Virus record (IMG/VR): IMGVR_UViG_3300047157_000016
Span: 1-38,197 of that record
Length of the DNA: 38,197 bases
From: a virus
Lineage: Duplodnaviria; Caudoviricetes
Direction: 5' to 3' (one strand)
Numbering within the stretch: position 1 is the first letter of the stretch; each line of letters starts with the position of its first letter. The position numbers and the translations under genes were made by a program. Shown here in pieces: positions 5,683 through 15,900 of the stretch. The notes below the pieces were generated by a model. The model had not been told where the DNA came from. It did not search any database and saw only the letters and a program-made list of their open reading frames with translations.

Positions 5683-7457
5683 TGAAACAAATTATACTAG
5701 ACATAGAAGCGAACGGTCTTAGACCTGACACTATATGGTGTATAGTTGCTAAGGAGGTAGAGTATGGAACTGTTAATGTCTTTATTGGCGAAGATATTTT
5801 TAGCTTTCCTGATTGGGTACGTGATAATAGTATTACTCACATTTGTGGGCATAATATTATTGGATATGATTTACCCGTCTTGGAAAAGATTACGGGATTC
5901 AGATGGCAAGAAGCTATTCAAGACACGCTAGTCATGTCAAGACTTGCCAACCCTAACAGGGAAGCAGGTCATTCACTAGAGTCATGGGGTAACAGGCTTG
6001 GCTTTAGCAAGGGCGACCACTCTGAATGGGGTGAGTTCTCTTGGGATATGGTTGAGTATTGTAAGCGTGATGTTGAGTTAACTGAGAAGGTATACGAAAC
6101 ATTGACCAAGGAACTGTCAGGTTTCAGAGAGGAGAGCATCAAGCTTGAGCATGATGTTGCTCGTATCATTACCCAACAGATAGAGAATGGTTGGTTTATT
6201 AATGAGCGTGAAGCTAACCTATTACTTGGTGAGCTGAGAGAAAAGCTACATAATGTAGAGGTTGATGTGCGTAATACATTCAAGCCATTACCTGTGTGGA
6301 TAGACTTACAGCATCCCGGTGACAAGTGGTACAACAAGGATGGTAGTACGTCCAAGCGTGCACAAGCACAGCTAGACAAGGGTGCTCATTGGTTAGAGGA
6401 GGGTAATGCTATTGTTGACATAGACAGTGACTGGGGATATAAGAAGTGGGGTTACTATATATACCCTGACTTTAACCTTGGCTCTCGTCAACAGATAGCT
6501 AGGTACCTTAAACACTTTGGTTGGAAACCTACTGAGTTTACAGAGAAAGGTAACACGATTGTCAACGAGCGTGTACTCAATGAGGTAGACTTACCACAGG
6601 CTAAACAGATAGCTGAGTACCTTATGTTACAGAAACGTGTAGCACAGGTGCAGAGTTGGGTAGATTCAATAGAGATTGATGGCAGAGTACGTGGCTATGT
6701 CAATCCTATCGGTGCTGTGACTGGTCGCATGACACATGCTAGACCTAACTTAGCACAGGTACCTGCATCCTATTCACCTTATGGTGCTGAGTGTCGTAAG
6801 CTATGGACCGTAGAACAAGGTAACTTCCTAGTAGGTATGGATGCTAGTGGTCTTGAGTTACGCATGCTCGCCCACTATATGAATGACCCTTCCTATACTC
6901 GTGAGGTATTAGATGGTGACATTCATACTGCTAATCAAAAGTCTGCCGGTCTACCTACCCGTGACCAAGCCAAGACTTTCATCTATGCTTTCCTATATGG
7001 TGCAGGTGATGAGAAGATTGGTAGCATTGTAGGTGGTACATCTGCTGATGGTAAGGAAGTCAAGCGTAAGTTCCTTGATAACACACCTGCTCTCAAGTCT
7101 TTACGTGAGCGTGTAGCGACAGCATCTAAGCGTGGCTACCTCATAGGCTTAGATGGTAGGCGTATCATAGTAAGGTCTGAGCACTCTGCTCTTAACACTT
7201 TACTTCAAGGTGCAGGTGCTATCGTCATGAAGAAAGCTTTAGTCCTTCTTGATAAGAATGCTAGATGGCGAGAGCTTAACTATAAGATTGTTGGTAACAT
7301 ACATGATGAGATACAGACAGAAGTTCTTGATATGGATTCCAAAGCTTTTGGTGAGCTTGCTGTTCTTGCAATAGAAGAAGCGGGTAAAGCCTTTAACCTT
7401 AACTGTCCACTGGATGGTGAATACAAGATAGGAGAAACGTGGAATGAAACGCACTAA
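5682..7457 (+). CDS. DNA polymerase family A (T7 gp5-like, Tyr762 type)
   Basis: Exonuclease DIEANGL / HNIIGYD, motif A DASGLELR, motif B AKTFIYAFLYG, motif C IHDE. Confidence 0.97.
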   Translation: MKQIILDIEANGLRPDTIWCIVAKEVEYGTVNVFIGEDIFSFPDWVRDNSITHICGHNIIGYDLPVLEKITGFRWQEAIQDTLVMSRLANPNREAGHSLESWGNRLGFSKGDHSEWGEFSWDMVEYCKRDVELTEKVYETLTKELSGFREESIKLEHDVARIITQQIENGWFINEREANLLLGELREKLHNVEVDVRNTFKPLPVWIDLQHPGDKWYNKDGSTSKRAQAQLDKGAHWLEEGNAIVDIDSDWGYKKWGYYIYPDFNLGSRQQIARYLKHFGWKPTEFTEKGNTIVNERVLNEVDLPQAKQIAEYLMLQKRVAQVQSWVDSIEIDGRVRGYVNPIGAVTGRMTHARPNLAQVPASYSPYGAECRKLWTVEQGNFLVGMDASGLELRMLAHYMNDPSYTREVLDGDIHTANQKSAGLPTRDQAKTFIYAFLYGAGDEKIGSIVGGTSADGKEVKRKFLDNTPALKSLRERVATASKRGYLIGLDGRRIIVRSEHSALNTLLQGAGAIVMKKALVLLDKNARWRELNYKIVGNIHDEIQTEVLDMDSKAFGELAVLAIEEAGKAFNLNCPLDGEYKIGETWNETH

Positions 7458-7689
7458 CTTTACATGTGACAACGTAAACCCTAGCCATTACAGGCAAGGC
7501 AAGATAGAAGTAATAGACTTCATACTAGACCAAAAGATGGACTACCTAACTGCGTCAGCTATGAAGTATATCTGTAGACATAATCACAAACATGGTGAGG
7601 ATGGAGATGGTCAGATAGATGACCTAAGAAAAGCAAGATGGTTCATTGAGAAACTAATCGAGCAAAAACTGGGAGCAAAAGATGAGTAA
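7444..7689 (+). CDS. DUF3310 / T7 gp1.7-like nucleotide kinase domain protein
   Basis: VNPSHY...IEVIDFI...KYICR...DLRKARWFI pattern. Confidence 0.8.
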   Translation: MKRTNFTCDNVNPSHYRQGKIEVIDFILDQKMDYLTASAMKYICRHNHKHGEDGDGQIDDLRKARWFIEKLIEQKLGAKDE

Positions 7690-8524
7690 TATAGATGACT
7701 TAGTTCAAGATATATACGACTTAGCTGAAACAAAGAGTCACCCTGCTAGGGTACCTGCCGAACAAATTTTTAAAGACTTCGGTTCCAACATGGAATCTAT
7801 ACTTAGAGATTGGCTATACCCTAAGGACTATAGCGGTGGCACATTAAGGATGTCTAACATTGGACACCCTGATAGAAAGCTGTGGTACAAACACAGGAAA
7901 GATAAGTACAAAGGTGAGAGGTTAAGAGCTCACACTTTAATCAAGTTTCTTTACGGTCACTTGATTGAAGAGATGATACTCGCACTGGTCAAACTCTCCG
8001 GTCATGATGTAACAGATGAACAGAAGAGAGTAGAGCTTGAAGGTATCAAGGGTTCAATGGACTGTAAGATTGATGGTCTATTGTGTGATGTAAAGTCTAC
8101 ATCAACCTATGGCTTCAAGAAATTCAAAGAGAACAGTCTGCAATATGATGACCCCTTTGGATACATAGACCAAATCAGTGGCTATGGTCAGGCTGAGGGT
8201 GCTGATGAAGCATGCTTCCTAGCCATGGATAAATCAAACGGACACCTAGCTGTATCAAAGGTGAACCTGTTAGATAAAGATGTAGTAAAAAGAATCAAGC
8301 ATGTTAAGGAGATGATAGAACTAGATACAATTCCTGAACCATGTTATGACCTAGTGCCTGATGGTAAGTCAGGTAACATGAAGCTTCCAGTAGGATGTTC
8401 TTACTGTGAGTATAAGAAACATTGTTACCCTAACATGAGAGTCTTTGCCTATTCAACTGGACCTAGATTCTTAGCGGTAGTTAATGTAGAACCTAAAGTA
8501 ATGGAGATTAGAAACTATGAGTAA
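7682..8524 (+). CDS. PD-(D/E)XK exonuclease (Cas4/RecB-like)
   Basis: LRMSNIG, GSMDCKID..LCDVKS, YIDQISGY, C-terminal CSYCEYKKHC. Confidence 0.8.
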   Translation: MSNIDDLVQDIYDLAETKSHPARVPAEQIFKDFGSNMESILRDWLYPKDYSGGTLRMSNIGHPDRKLWYKHRKDKYKGERLRAHTLIKFLYGHLIEEMILALVKLSGHDVTDEQKRVELEGIKGSMDCKIDGLLCDVKSTSTYGFKKFKENSLQYDDPFGYIDQISGYGQAEGADEACFLAMDKSNGHLAVSKVNLLDKDVVKRIKHVKEMIELDTIPEPCYDLVPDGKSGNMKLPVGCSYCEYKKHCYPNMRVFAYSTGPRFLAVVNVEPKVMEIRNYE

Positions 8525-8681
8525 AGAATATAAATTAATAGTAGCAGATGTGCGTAGCTTTGAAGCACAGGTTAACAGAGGTTTAGAAACTGGATGGGAC
8601 TTACAAGGTATTCCGTTCTATGATGGCTCTAGGTTTATTCAAGCTATGATTAGAGAGAAGTCTAAGAAGAAGGATAAATAA
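8517..8681 (+). CDS. Small protein, DUF1737-like (54 aa; not in ORF track)
   Basis: MSKEYKLIV...FEAQVNRGLETGWDLQG...FIQAMI; coupled to both neighbours. Confidence 0.7.
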   Translation: MSKEYKLIVADVRSFEAQVNRGLETGWDLQGIPFYDGSRFIQAMIREKSKKKDK

Positions 8682-8947
8682 TGGAGTGGAAATACAGGGG
8701 AATGATGGACAAGGATGGTGTCTGTACTGTAAGGGAAGTGTTCTATGAACCTGATGGTACAATCAGTAGCTTTGCTGTCGACCCTGCATGTCCAACTGGT
8801 GACAGTCCGGAGGAGCTAGTAACACACATGGCTCTGATGTTGGAAAGTCTACAACAACCCTTCTTACTTGAAGGAGATTTCATACCGGAAGGAGATGGTG
8901 AACTTGAGTTTACCTTTATAAGAGAAGATGAAAAAAAATACCATTAA
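8681..8947 (+). CDS. Hypothetical protein
   Basis: Coupled ORF (TAATG). Confidence 0.75.
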   Translation: MEWKYRGMMDKDGVCTVREVFYEPDGTISSFAVDPACPTGDSPEELVTHMALMLESLQQPFLLEGDFIPEGDGELEFTFIREDEKKYH

Positions 8948-9296
8948 ATATAGGAACAAGTTTGAAGCCGGTGTTGGTGAGAAACTAACCGGTTGGAACT
9001 ATGAACCTTACCATATACCTTACATAACAAAGCGTAAGTACATACCTGATTTTACTAAGGGTAATATATTAGTAGAGTGTAAAGGATACTTTAGAGTAGG
9101 CGACACACAAAAGTATAAAGCTATTCGAGATTCATTACACACACAGGAGCTTGTGTTTGTCTTGACCAATGCTAACAAGAAAGTTAGGAAGGGTTCCAAG
9201 ATTACTATGGGTGAGTGGTGTGAGAAAGAAGGGTTCAAGTGGTTCACAACGGATACATTGAAGGAGCTAAAGCGTTATGGCACTACTACTAAATGA
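8928..9296 (+). CDS. Endonuclease I / Holliday junction resolvase (T7 gp3-like)
   Basis: YRNKFE, YIPDF, VECKGYF, WCEKEGF. Confidence 0.9.
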   Translation: MKKNTIKYRNKFEAGVGEKLTGWNYEPYHIPYITKRKYIPDFTKGNILVECKGYFRVGDTQKYKAIRDSLHTQELVFVLTNANKKVRKGSKITMGEWCEKEGFKWFTTDTLKELKRYGTTTK

Positions 9297-9438
9297 ACTA
9301 AAAGAAAAGATAACTAAGGAGTTTGATGTCTGTCTGCTCTGTGAGTTCCTCGATATAGAACCTGAGGAACTGGTAGAAAGATTTGATGACAAGCTTATTG
9401 ATAACATACATAAATTTAAAGGACTAGAGGATGAATAA
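9277..9438 (+). CDS. Small acidic hypothetical protein (53 aa; not in ORF track)
   Basis: MALLLNELKEKITKEFDVCLLCEFLDIEPEELVERFDDKL...; AAGGAG upstream; fills the gap before the RNR gene. Confidence 0.7.
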   Translation: MALLLNELKEKITKEFDVCLLCEFLDIEPEELVERFDDKLIDNIHKFKGLEDE

Positions 9439-11395
9439 ATTACCAAGTGATTACCAAAACTTTATCGCTCTTAGCAGGTATGCAAGATGGCTACCTGAAA
9501 AGAAACGTAGAGAAACATGGAAGGAAACAGTAGCACGCTACTTTGATTTCATGGAGGTACACCTGAAAGAAAACACTAACCAAGAGTTAGTACCCAAGAC
9601 TCGTAAGATTCTTGAAGATGCTGTGCTTAACCTAGAGGTTATGCCTAGTATGAGAGCACTGATGACAGCAGGTCCTGCCTTAGCTAAGAATCATATCGCA
9701 GGTTATAACTGTGCTTACCTTAGTGTTGACCATCCTAAAGCATTTGATGAATGTCTATTCATTCTTATGCACGGTACTGGTGTTGGCTTTAGTGTAGAGC
9801 GACAGCAGATAAACAAACTACCTGAGGTACCTGAGGAGTTAGTAGATGTAGAGGATGTTATTGTTGTACAAGATAGCAAGGAAGGATGGCAGTCTGCTTT
9901 CCGTAAGCTTATCACTTACTTGTATGATGGTGAGATGCCTAAGTGGGACTTCTCAAAGATAAGACCTAAGGGTTCAAGACTAGCTACCTTTGGTGGTAGA
10001 GCATCAGGACCTGAGCCATTACTAGACTTGTTTAACTTTGCTACCAACCTGTTTAAAGATGCAGTAGGTCGTAAGCTAACTAGCTATGAGTGTCACCGTA
10101 TGATGTGTAAGATTGCAGAGGTTGTAGTTGTAGGTGGTGTACGTAGGTCTGCACTTATCTCTTTGTCTAACCTAACTGATGAACGCATGCGTAATGCTAA
10201 GTCCGGTCAATGGTGGTCTGATACCCCTGAGATGGCACTAAGTAACAACAGTGTATGCTACACAGAGAAGCCTGACATTGGTATCTTCATGAAGGAGTGG
10301 ACTTCTTTATATGAATCTAAGTCAGGTGAGCGTGGTATCTTCAACAGGGAAGCGGCTATCAAACAAGTAGAGTCTATAGGTAGACGTGACACTGACCACC
10401 TGTTCGGTTGTAACCCTTGTAGTGAAATCATTCTTAGGGATGGACAGTTCTGTAACTTGACTGAGGTTGTAGTCAGAGCAGAAGATAAACAGAAAGACAT
10501 CATGCGTAAGGTTAGACTAGCCAGTATACTTGGTACCTTCCAAGCTTCACTGACTAACATCAAACGTCTGCGTCCTAAGTGGGTACACAATACAGAAGAG
10601 GAAGCATTACTAGGTGTGTCATTGACTGGCATCATGGACAATGAGTTCATGAATGGTAACAACACAGACAGAGGACACTATGGTAAGCGTAGCCTACCTG
10701 ACTTCTTATCAGACTTAAAGAAAGAAACTGTTAAGACTAACGAGCATTGGTCAGAGTTACTAGGTATTCAACAAGCTACTGCAACTACTGCTATTAAACC
10801 TAGTGGTACAGTCAGTCAGCTAGTAGATAGTGCCAGTGGTATACACACTAGACATAGTGATTACTATATCCGTAGAGTTAGAGCAGATGCTAAGGACCCA
10901 ATAGCACAGCTAATGGAGGACCAAGGTATACCTGCTGAAGCTGACGTCATGAAACCTAACAGTGTGAAAGTATTCTCCTTCCCTATGAAAGCTCCTAAGG
11001 GTGCGGTAACTAGGAACGAGAGAACTGCTATTGAACAACTAGAGCTATGGCTTATGTATCAAAGATACTACTGTGAGCACAAGCCTAGTGTAACCATTAG
11101 TGTTAGAGAACATGAGTGGATGGATGTAGGTGCGTGGGTATACAAACACTTTGATGAAGTGTCCGGTGTATCTTTCCTACCTCACTCTGACCACACATAT
11201 CAGCAAGCACCTTACGAAGAGTGTGATAGAAAGACTCATGATGACCTAGCTTGGAAGATGCCTAAGGAAGTTAACTGGGATTTGATTAGCGAGTATGAGT
11301 TGACTGACCAAACTGTCAGCACTAAAACCCTAGCCTGTACTGGTAGTGTATGTGAACTTGTTGACTTAGTTGAAGAAGAGAGGGATATAGAATGA
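9431..11395 (+). CDS. nrdJ: Class II (adenosylcobalamin-dependent) ribonucleotide reductase
   Basis: YNCAY, VVVGGVRRSALISL, GCNPCSEI, FCNLTE, IKPSGTVSQL, C-terminal CTGSVC; no beta-subunit gene present. Confidence 0.93.
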   Translation: MNKLPSDYQNFIALSRYARWLPEKKRRETWKETVARYFDFMEVHLKENTNQELVPKTRKILEDAVLNLEVMPSMRALMTAGPALAKNHIAGYNCAYLSVDHPKAFDECLFILMHGTGVGFSVERQQINKLPEVPEELVDVEDVIVVQDSKEGWQSAFRKLITYLYDGEMPKWDFSKIRPKGSRLATFGGRASGPEPLLDLFNFATNLFKDAVGRKLTSYECHRMMCKIAEVVVVGGVRRSALISLSNLTDERMRNAKSGQWWSDTPEMALSNNSVCYTEKPDIGIFMKEWTSLYESKSGERGIFNREAAIKQVESIGRRDTDHLFGCNPCSEIILRDGQFCNLTEVVVRAEDKQKDIMRKVRLASILGTFQASLTNIKRLRPKWVHNTEEEALLGVSLTGIMDNEFMNGNNTDRGHYGKRSLPDFLSDLKKETVKTNEHWSELLGIQQATATTAIKPSGTVSQLVDSASGIHTRHSDYYIRRVRADAKDPIAQLMEDQGIPAEADVMKPNSVKVFSFPMKAPKGAVTRNERTAIEQLELWLMYQRYYCEHKPSVTISVREHEWMDVGAWVYKHFDEVSGVSFLPHSDHTYQQAPYEECDRKTHDDLAWKMPKEVNWDLISEYELTDQTVSTKTLACTGSVCELVDLVEEERDIE

Positions 11396-11454
11396 TAGAA
11401 ACAGCCTTACTTATTTTAGCTTTACAACTTTTAATAATTAAATTGGGAGAATAA
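11392..11454 (+). CDS. Putative 20-aa hydrophobic peptide
   Basis: MIETALLILALQLLIIKLGE; ATGA overlap with the nrdJ stop. Confidence 0.45.
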   Translation: MIETALLILALQLLIIKLGE

Positions 11455-11455
11455 T

Positions 11456-11584
11456 ATGTGGTATAATAAAGGAGTAACACCTAAAAACCTATTTAACTTA
11501 GCGTTGCTAGTGGTAAGTAGTGTGTCAGCAGGTTCGTTACTATATGTTGTTATGTTTCTTGAAGCTCTGAGAACGAGTGGATAG
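11456..11584 (+). CDS. Putative 42-aa single-TM peptide
   Basis: GGAG RBS; LFNLALLVVSSVSAGSLLYVVMFL hydrophobic stretch. Confidence 0.55.
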   Translation: MWYNKGVTPKNLFNLALLVVSSVSAGSLLYVVMFLEALRTSG

Positions 11585-11611
11585 TATATGTTAAACTTAA
11601 AAGGAGTAATT

Positions 11612-11722
11612 ATGAAAGACATGATTAATCAAGTTCTTGAAAACAAATCGCTTACTGTGTTTCTAGGTGTAGTGATTGTTGCATTGGTATTCGGATGGCT
11701 TGGTGCCCCTGCCGGTGCATAA
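11612..11722 (+). CDS. Putative 36-aa single-TM peptide
   Basis: AAGGAG RBS; LTVFLGVVIVALVFGWLGA. Confidence 0.65.
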   Translation: MKDMINQVLENKSLTVFLGVVIVALVFGWLGAPAGA

Positions 11723-11733
11723 AATGTTTAATA

Positions 11734-11761
11734 GGGGTCTTGTTCAATTGGACAGGACCTC
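11734..11761 (+). other. 12-bp RNA hairpin without U-tract
   Basis: GGGGTCTTGTTC-AATT-GGACAGGACCTC, fully paired with three G-U pairs. Confidence 0.5.
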
Positions 11762-11790
11762 GATACTCTACTTAAAACTAAGGAAACAAT

Positions 11791-12192
11791 ATGCCCTTAA
11801 ACAAAAGCAACGACATAAAAGAATTAAAGAAGTTTGACATTGACTTGTCATTCGGACAGCAGTGGGAACAATACATAGATGAAATGTTCTCCGGTGCTAA
11901 GACTTGTGAAGTAAAAACTGAACGTGACAGATGGGCACAGACTGGAAACATCTGTATTGAAAGTCAAAGCTATGGTAAGCCTAGTGGTATTGAAGCTACC
12001 GAAGCTGACATGTGGGTACACAATCTAACAATTAACAACGAGTTAATATGTAGCCTTGTGTTTCCTGTAGATAAACTAAAAGAAATCCTACCTAAGTTAC
12101 CTAAGAAAAGTGTAATGGGTGGAGATAATAATGCGAGTAAGTTACAGCTAGTTAACCTAGTTAAACTTATGGAAGTGATAAAGGATTTGTGA
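11791..12192 (+). CDS. Hypothetical protein, possible PD-(D/E)XK nuclease fold
   Basis: CEVKTERD..TGNICIE..KPSGI.ATEAD pattern; last gene of the + arm. Confidence 0.6.
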   Translation: MPLNKSNDIKELKKFDIDLSFGQQWEQYIDEMFSGAKTCEVKTERDRWAQTGNICIESQSYGKPSGIEATEADMWVHNLTINNELICSLVFPVDKLKEILPKLPKKSVMGGDNNASKLQLVNLVKLMEVIKDL

Positions 12193-12649
12193 ATAACCCT
12201 TTAAACCTATCTAATTCTTCTGCTGATTTTAACCTTTCTTTCATGTTAGGCTTACTAGGCTTCTCATATTGCTGAGAAAAAGTCTTAGTAATATCAGCAG
12301 TAGACCCATCCTCAAAAGATTTACGTATGGCTTTCCTAGCCTTTCCTCCTATCTCTAATGCTCCTGTATAGTTTCCTTTAGCATCGTAGTTATCATTATA
12401 TACAGCATCAGCCATAAACTTAACTTGTGATTCAGCTGAGTCATTTAACCCTTCCTTCTCTAAGTATTTAAAATAGTATGGCTTTTGATAGTCAAATTGG
12501 AAGAGTCCATATCCGGGTCCATTGTCCTGCTTTTTAGTGTAGTCATAGGTGTACCCTGTTTCAACAGCAATGTTGGCTAGAACGCCAGTTATGGCACGCT
12601 CAGGCAGGTATTGAGATAACAGTCCTGCTATGTATATAGGGTTGGACAT
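12167..12649 (-). CDS. Phage tail lysozyme-family muramidase (candidate endolysin or virion lysin)
   Basis: AITGVLANIAVETG, GYGLFQF, FSQQYEKP motifs. Confidence 0.8.
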   Translation of the reverse strand: MSNPIYIAGLLSQYLPERAITGVLANIAVETGYTYDYTKKQDNGPGYGLFQFDYQKPYYFKYLEKEGLNDSAESQVKFMADAVYNDNYDAKGNYTGALEIGGKARKAIRKSFEDGSTADITKTFSQQYEKPSKPNMKERLKSAEELDRFKGLFTNPLSLP

Positions 12650-12903
12650 TAATACTTACCAACACCTAAGTAAGTTTTAATATAATCTTCTCTGTCTGCT
12701 TTCTCTGGTATTTGATGTAAGATTTGTATCATCTCATCTCTATTTAACTCTCTAATCTGACTAGCCATTTCTCTTTCTTTATTACCAGTACCGCTTAGGT
12801 CCCTTAAATACTCTTGTCTTTTTTCTTCAACTCCTAAGTTATCAAATATCTTTTCAGAGTTCCAAGAAAAATCGTTGTTGTTATTACTAAACATCCCTGC
12901 CAT
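12649..12903 (-). CDS. Hypothetical protein
   Basis: GGAG RBS, coupled ORF. Confidence 0.7.
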   Translation of the reverse strand: MAGMFSNNNNDFSWNSEKIFDNLGVEEKRQEYLRDLSGTGNKEREMASQIRELNRDEMIQILHQIPEKADREDYIKTYLGVGKY

Positions 12904-12914
12904 TTTTATCTCCG

Positions 12915-15900
12915 TTATATGTCACGCCATGCGTCTTTTAAATATCCCTTGCCCGGAATGTTCGGAACAAGTCTTAGTATAATTTTATCTATATCACCTT
13001 TAGATAAGTCACCCAAAGTATCTAAAGCATCTGAAATTGTAGGTCCAGCTATTCCAGCTAAAGCACTGCTTCCTCTTTCTCCTACTTGTTGTAATGTATC
13101 AAACCATAACCCAAACGCACCTGCATTACCTATGCCATTTATAAGAAGTTCAAATGCGTTTCTGTTTTCTTCTATATCTCTGCCAGTTAATAAAGACCTT
13201 ACTTGTTCAATAGCATTACCACCTATGCCTGCAAAAGCCATGTAAGTTAATAACGGTGCAGGGTTTTTATTAATAAACAACTCATCAGCAACACTTCTCT
13301 TTAAAAACCTAGCTTGAAAAAACATAAATGATTTAAATTTAGTAGCTAGTTTATACCAAGGTTTACTCCAGTTAACAGGAAGTGTAGCAGACTCGCCTGA
13401 AAAGTTTACTCTTTTATTAAACATGTGACCTGCAATAGCTATGTCTTGGGCACTCAGTTCTGTTCTTAAAGGGTCAGCTACTCCTAACTCTTTCATTTCT
13501 CTCTGTAATTTATTGGCTATCTTTGAATCACCCTTACCGTTTTTAATTAGTTTTTGTAGTTTAGTGTGTAAGTATTTAACATGACCAACTCCCATAACAG
13601 CAGCACCTCTTCTGTTAAGTCTTTCAACACTCATGAATCCAGTTGCTCTTAAAAACTGTGTTGGTTCATTTAAAAATTTCCATGGACCTTTAAACTCTCT
13701 ATCAATAATACGAGCTGAAGGAGAATTTTCAGTAAGTATCTTAGCTAAGTCCATATCCCCTAGTACACCTACAGCGTTAATATCAGCCATGTCTTGTGGT
13801 GACTTTACTATAGCTCTTACTAGGGAGCTTATAGCTTTATAAGGTAGTGTAACTAAATTACCTGAACGAGCAAGCTCAGTTGTTCCATTAACAAAAGTCT
13901 GTGTAGCGTTAGGAATAAAAGCTAGTCCTAGCTTATGGTTTTGTAAAGCATTAATCCTAGAGATAGCTCTTCCTGACATCTTTGAATTAACATCCTGTAC
14001 ATTTCTTATTACTGCAGACTTTAGGGGGTCGCCTACAGCAGTAAAATAAATTTCCTGTACGTCATCTGCTTCTGTATTTTTACCATCTTTTCTTAATTGT
14101 TTAATAAACTTTGTTACTCTTTCATCATCAGCACCAAATCTTTTAGCATACTCATTTCTTTTAATAGTATCAGCAAAAAACATCTGCCATCTTTCAGCTG
14201 CTGGAGCCATAAAAGGGTCAAGGTCACGTTCCATTCTTGCAGGAATAACAAACTTCCTAGTTTTTTCTAAGTGGGTAGAGCGTTTAATGTTTGTTCTATC
14301 CATTGCATTCATAAACCAAAGACGTTTAATATCTTTAGCGTTCATTTCTCCACTTAAAAACTCTTTAGTATATTCTTTACTTCCACTAATATTTTGAATA
14401 AGTTTTTCAGTTGACTTAGGACTTTTCTTTAATGCAGCTTGAAGGTAATTTTTAAATTCAGCTGCACCTTTAGGGTCGGTTAAGTAAGCGGTGTTCCATA
14501 TACGTGGAACATAAGAAGTATCTTTTATAAACTTATTAAAATCTTTTCTACTAATAACTCCTGACTTAGCAGCATCAGTAAGAACAGCTTTTTTGTCTTT
14601 AAGAATCATATTAATATATTGTTTTTGCACAGGCGTTACACCTTTAGCATTAACTCCATTCTCTATAAGACGATTAGTATCTCCTAATTCTTTTTTATTT
14701 TGTTTAATAAAAGACGCTATCTTACCATTAATTCTAGCTACGTTTATATCTATAGCTACATTAGCACCATACATAGCTTCACCTAAATTTCTAGCACCTG
14801 AGTTTATTAATTGAATATCAGGACCATATACAGTTCTTGCAAGTCCTGAACCTATTTGGTCGTTAATGTATTTATAAGTGTTATAACCCCACCTGTTAAA
14901 CTTAGGTAACACAACATTACCTACATTTACCATGTCTGCCATAAGAGCCTTTTCACCTGCTTCAGTTTTTTCTACTCTATCTCTAGCTCTTAATATACTA
15001 TCATTGTATTTTACATCATCAGGTGTTTTTACTTTACGAGGAGGAATAAGCTCTGATTCAGCTAACCTTTTTGTTCTAGGAGTAACTAGGGTTGATTGTT
15101 CAGCAATAAATTTTTCTTTACTTGGAGTACCTAGTATAGCTTCTTCTGAGTTTCTAACAACAGTAGGAACAGCATAATCAAAACCTTCTGCTCTCCTTTT
15201 AACTACTTCTGCTTTAACGTCTTTAGGACTCCATCCTATTTTTTTAAGAAACTTCTTTAAAGATTTTTCATCTTGAACAGCTAATCCTATTTCATCTATA
15301 ACTTGTTGATTACTTAGATTTGATTTTATTAAATAGTCATCAGCTAAGTTTTTTAAAGTTGCTTTTACAGCAGCAGAGCCACCACCTATGCCAATACCAA
15401 AACCATAACCAGCTATTCCTCCAGCAAGAGCATCAATACTTGTGTCTAAAAGATTAACATTTTCTTGTACTCCACCTTGTATAAGAACTCTTTGGTCAGA
15501 TAGATTATCAACAGCCATGTAGGTAGCACCTACTTTAAATCCTTTGTTAGCTCCTTGTGCTATGCTTCCTGATAAGAACTTTTTAATGCCTACTTTAACA
15601 GCTTCTTTTTCTAAATCTTTTTTTAATAACTTTTTACCACCAAACTTAATTAGTTGTCTAACTATATTACCGCCATAATAAGTAGTAGGGTCTGACAGTA
15701 TAGCTGCTGTAATGTTTTCCCATTTAGCTGAAAGACTAATACCACCGTCATCTTCACTACCTAATAGTTTTTGAAAGTTAACCCATTGAACAGCAAAGTC
15801 TTGTTTCTGTTCATCAGTCATTTTTAAAGATTTTAAACCTTCTATACCTTTCTTAGCAAAGTTGTATTCAAAGAAATGTTGAGCTCTTATCCACTCGTTT

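Noticed and set aside
7682-8524. Cas4-like nuclease as CRISPR-related
   Set aside because: Stand-alone PD-(D/E)XK exonucleases are routine in this replication module.
791-11894. Apparent CCGG enrichment in the early arm
   Set aside because: My rough count (about 22 in 12 kb) is close to what base composition predicts; it needs a Markov test.
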